DNA of 64,000 nt, from contig OZ210885.1 in assembly GCA_964658305.1 (NCBI GenBank), positions 16,120,001 through 16,184,000 on the forward strand, written 5' to 3'. The notes under the pieces were generated by a model. That model did not search any database. It was not told where the DNA came from and worked only from the letters and a program-made list of their open reading frames with translations. The position numbers and the translations under genes were made by a program. This DNA is from Leptogorgia sarmentosa. Taxonomy: Eukaryota. Shown one piece after another: positions 61,600-64,000 of the stretch (its first letter is position 1; each line of letters opens with the position of its first letter).

Positions 61600-62562
61600 T
61601 CAGAGGTGGTTTGTCCTATCTCCTGGGGTAAGGGTGCTGTCCGACTCGGTGAGTACTTGCGTTCGGGTGTCTCGTTGCTGGTGGGATGGGTCTGTGGTCG
61701 ATGTGGTGGTGTTCATGGGTTGGGGCTGCTTAAACGTAGCGGAGTCGTTCCCTGTAGCGGTGGGTTCGTGGTTCCCTTTGGTGGTGGGTTTTTGTGTTCT
61801 GGAGTTTTTGGTTCCAAGGACGCGCGGGGGGGGGGGTTTTTGGGGTTTGTTTGGTGTGGGTTTGGTGGTGTTGGGGGTTTCATTGGAGGCTGCAAGGGCG
61901 TTGGGTTTCCTGTGTCGCGGTAGTCCGGTATTTAATGATGGCCGGGCGCCCCAGCCTTGTGCATCAGGTTCGGTTGGGTCTGTCCATGTCATTTCGCTTT
62001 CCTTTGGTTCACTGGTGGTCTCCATTGCTTCGCTGAGACTGGGAAAATCTGCTTGGTACTGGAGGCAGTTGTTGGCTTCATGGCCCTTTTCCCCACAGTT
62101 ATAACACCGTCGGTCGGGGCAGTCCCCTTTGGTGTGACCAGGTTTGCCACATCCTCGGCATACCCGGCCGGCTTGGCACTCTTTGGCCTCGTGGCCCGGT
62201 TGATGGCAGTTTCGGCAGGTGCTAACTTGCCCTCTATATGCTGTACGCACCCTGTACTTTCCCACCAAGATGTACGAGGGGATGTTACCGTTGAGTCGTT
62301 TGTACTGGGCAATTTTGATGCCCGTTTTGATTTGCAACGGTCCGTCGACGTCATCTGTGATCGATACAAGTTCTCCATGTAGGGCCATTTTCAGTCTCAG
62401 TGTTTCGACCGGTGCATCTAGAGGATACCCGAAAAGTCTAACCCATGTATAGTTTACACGATTGATATTTGTGCTGGTCAGGATGAACTCTTTCCCGTGT
62501 AACTGGAGTTTGGTATTGGTCGCTTCTCTTTGTCTCGTTGTGTGTGGAACACCATGTACCAT
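61600..62562 (-). CDS. Tx1 ORF1 (three CCHC zinc knuckles), probably 5'-damaged
   Basis: IKTGIK, CRNCHQPGHEAKEC, CRGCGKPGHTKGDC and CYNCGEKGHEANNC. Confidence 0.85.
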   Translation of the reverse strand: MVHGVPHTTRQREATNTKLQLHGKEFILTSTNINRVNYTWVRLFGYPLDAPVETLRLKMALHGELVSITDDVDGPLQIKTGIKIAQYKRLNGNIPSYILVGKYRVRTAYRGQVSTCRNCHQPGHEAKECQAGRVCRGCGKPGHTKGDCPDRRCYNCGEKGHEANNCLQYQADFPSLSEAMETTSEPKESEMTWTDPTEPDAQGWGARPSLNTGLPRHRKPNALAASNETPNTTKPTPNKPQKPPPPRVLGTKNSRTQKPTTKGNHEPTATGNDSATFKQPQPMNTTTSTTDPSHQQRDTRTQVLTESDSTLTPGDRTNHL

Positions 62563-63156
62563 AGCGCCTTGCTAAAACATTTGATGCCTTCTATTTTCTT
62601 CATGCCCGTGCCAGAGTCCCGTAGACTATTATAAATCTCTGTTCAAAGGACAGCTGGTCCATCCACGGTAGCCTCAGCTGGGATTCCTTCCAGAGAAAGC
62701 AGCAGAGAGCGCAGTCTCTGGATATTGGATCGTGCGCGTGCGCACCACTTGTTAAATAATGTGTCCCACAATAATACGATGCACAAAATGGCGTCCTCGC
62801 TCGCTTAACGAAAATACAATTTAAAACACTGCACAGCTTGCCCGTTGATGATCCTTTCTGTTGCAAAAGGATATCATTCGAGAGCTACGCTCACGCCGGT
62901 TCTGCTGATCTAATATTCTTCCTGAGACTCCCTTTCAAACGCGAGAAATTCGCCGCAGACGAGGCGACATGTAAACGATACTTCGTATCCCGTTTCGTTC
63001 GGAAATCGTTACAAACACTGGCTATTGGTGCTGGAAAGTTAGCTCATTGGACGCAGAACTTCCTTACGATGATTTTGATGTGTAAATGTCGAACCAGTAT
63101 TCAGGCCAAAAATCCAGATTTCGATGGAGCGCTACATAAGTGTGCCACGAGCGTGC

Positions 63157-63169
63157 GATAAGAACAGAT
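63157..63169 (-). other. U2 snRNA nt 38-50 (ATCTGTTCTTATC), probable TSD at the Tx1 5' junction
   Basis: A 13-nt exact U2 match upstream of Tx1 ORF1, in the same orientation as the U2 3' part at 26628. Confidence 0.65.
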
Positions 63170-64000
63170 CTTACAAATTTATTCAAAAAATAAATTTTTA
63201 CATTGGAATAATGAGATAGTGTCTAGATTGAGTTACTATTTACATAGAGGTTATATATACAAAAAGAAGAAATTAAGGAAAACCTTAAAAACTTAAGGAA
63301 ATTTAGACAACAAGGTGGAAGCCTAATAATGTTTGTGCCTGGTAGGTTTAAGACTATAAATCATTGAAATAAAATATATGGAATGCTACCTGTGCAGGAA
63401 CATGCCTGAAGCCATAATTAAATTCGTGGGTTACTCGCGCGCTAACACGTTTTTTGCGTGGTCCAAAGAGGCAGCTGCAATGTGTTGTTTTAGCTTTTCG
63501 AAGTTAAGGGGTTGAATTTTCATTCAAAAAAAGTACAAATCACATCTTTTCATTTCTTTTCATACGTCTATCCGATTGGTAAATCAGGGAAATAAAAGCA
63601 GACATTTTTGTTTAACTCAAATATGTACACAAACAATATGGATCAGAGATTTTCAAGACTGACATAACCAAATGAAGTTGTAAAATTGAATCACATCGTG
63701 GTCTTTTTTCTGGAAGCAAAATTTCGTGCTAAGATATAATCAAGTGAAGGTTTGCAGCACAAACGACTGTACTTGTCAGCTTGCAAAGGCTTTTTATTGA
63801 TCTTTTGAACATGATTCTCCCGGTTATTATTGTGTATGAATATAGGTCAAAAGTACATACAAAAATAAACTGAGTATGATTTTTATTTTTCGCACACAGC
63901 CCTGAAAAACAACGTTTTATCGTTATTGAGTGTTTTCCAGCTTCATCTAGCTTTCAAAAACAAGAAATTATTACCTTAGTGTAAATTCCGAAAGAAACTA

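Larger units (their letters stand above)
26629..63156 (-). mobile_element. Tx1/Keno-like LINE copy C, split by about 32 kb of nested insertions (ORF2 3' part 26629-29275; endonuclease N-terminus, ORF1 and 5' UTR 61153-63156)
   Basis: The A-rich tail abuts U2 at 26629. The endonuclease continues across the gap (..GVAILIKPSLDC.. / LNLMNTYAPN). U2 nt 38-50 reappear at 63157-63169 as a probable TSD. Confidence 0.75.

Overview
This is a eukaryotic, AT-rich animal (invertebrate; cnidarian-like by impression only) genomic window made almost entirely of nested mobile elements around a U1/U2 snRNA locus. From left to right it holds: a decayed BEL/Pao LTR retrotransposon with a solo LTR inside its integrase; a THAP gene fragment; a young, apparently intact 5.6-kb IS3EU-type DNA transposon; a P-transposase remnant; Tx1/Keno-like LINE copies with U2 snRNA pieces at their junctions; a variant U1 snRNA gene; a Penelope element with a minimal hammerhead ribozyme; and a CR1/L2-group LINE. 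The IS3EU element has 457-bp TIRs and a 6-bp TSD. Its two convergent genes, a DDE transposase and a 5-exon HECT-type E3 ligase, both begin with homologous SAM-like domains; this is the most novel-looking system here. The right half is a roughly 36-kb nest: U2 snRNA > Tx1/Keno LINE > AcademH (RecQ helicase plus DUF6589-type transposase) > a 23-kb Polinton/Maverick > a Tc1/mariner derivative, a Kolobok element and a solo LTR. The Polinton carries an intron-containing pPolB, integrase, capsid genes and a collagen-like fibre candidate. An L2/CR1 LINE also sits in an AcademH intron. All family assignments come from motif recognition by eye; no database searches were run.
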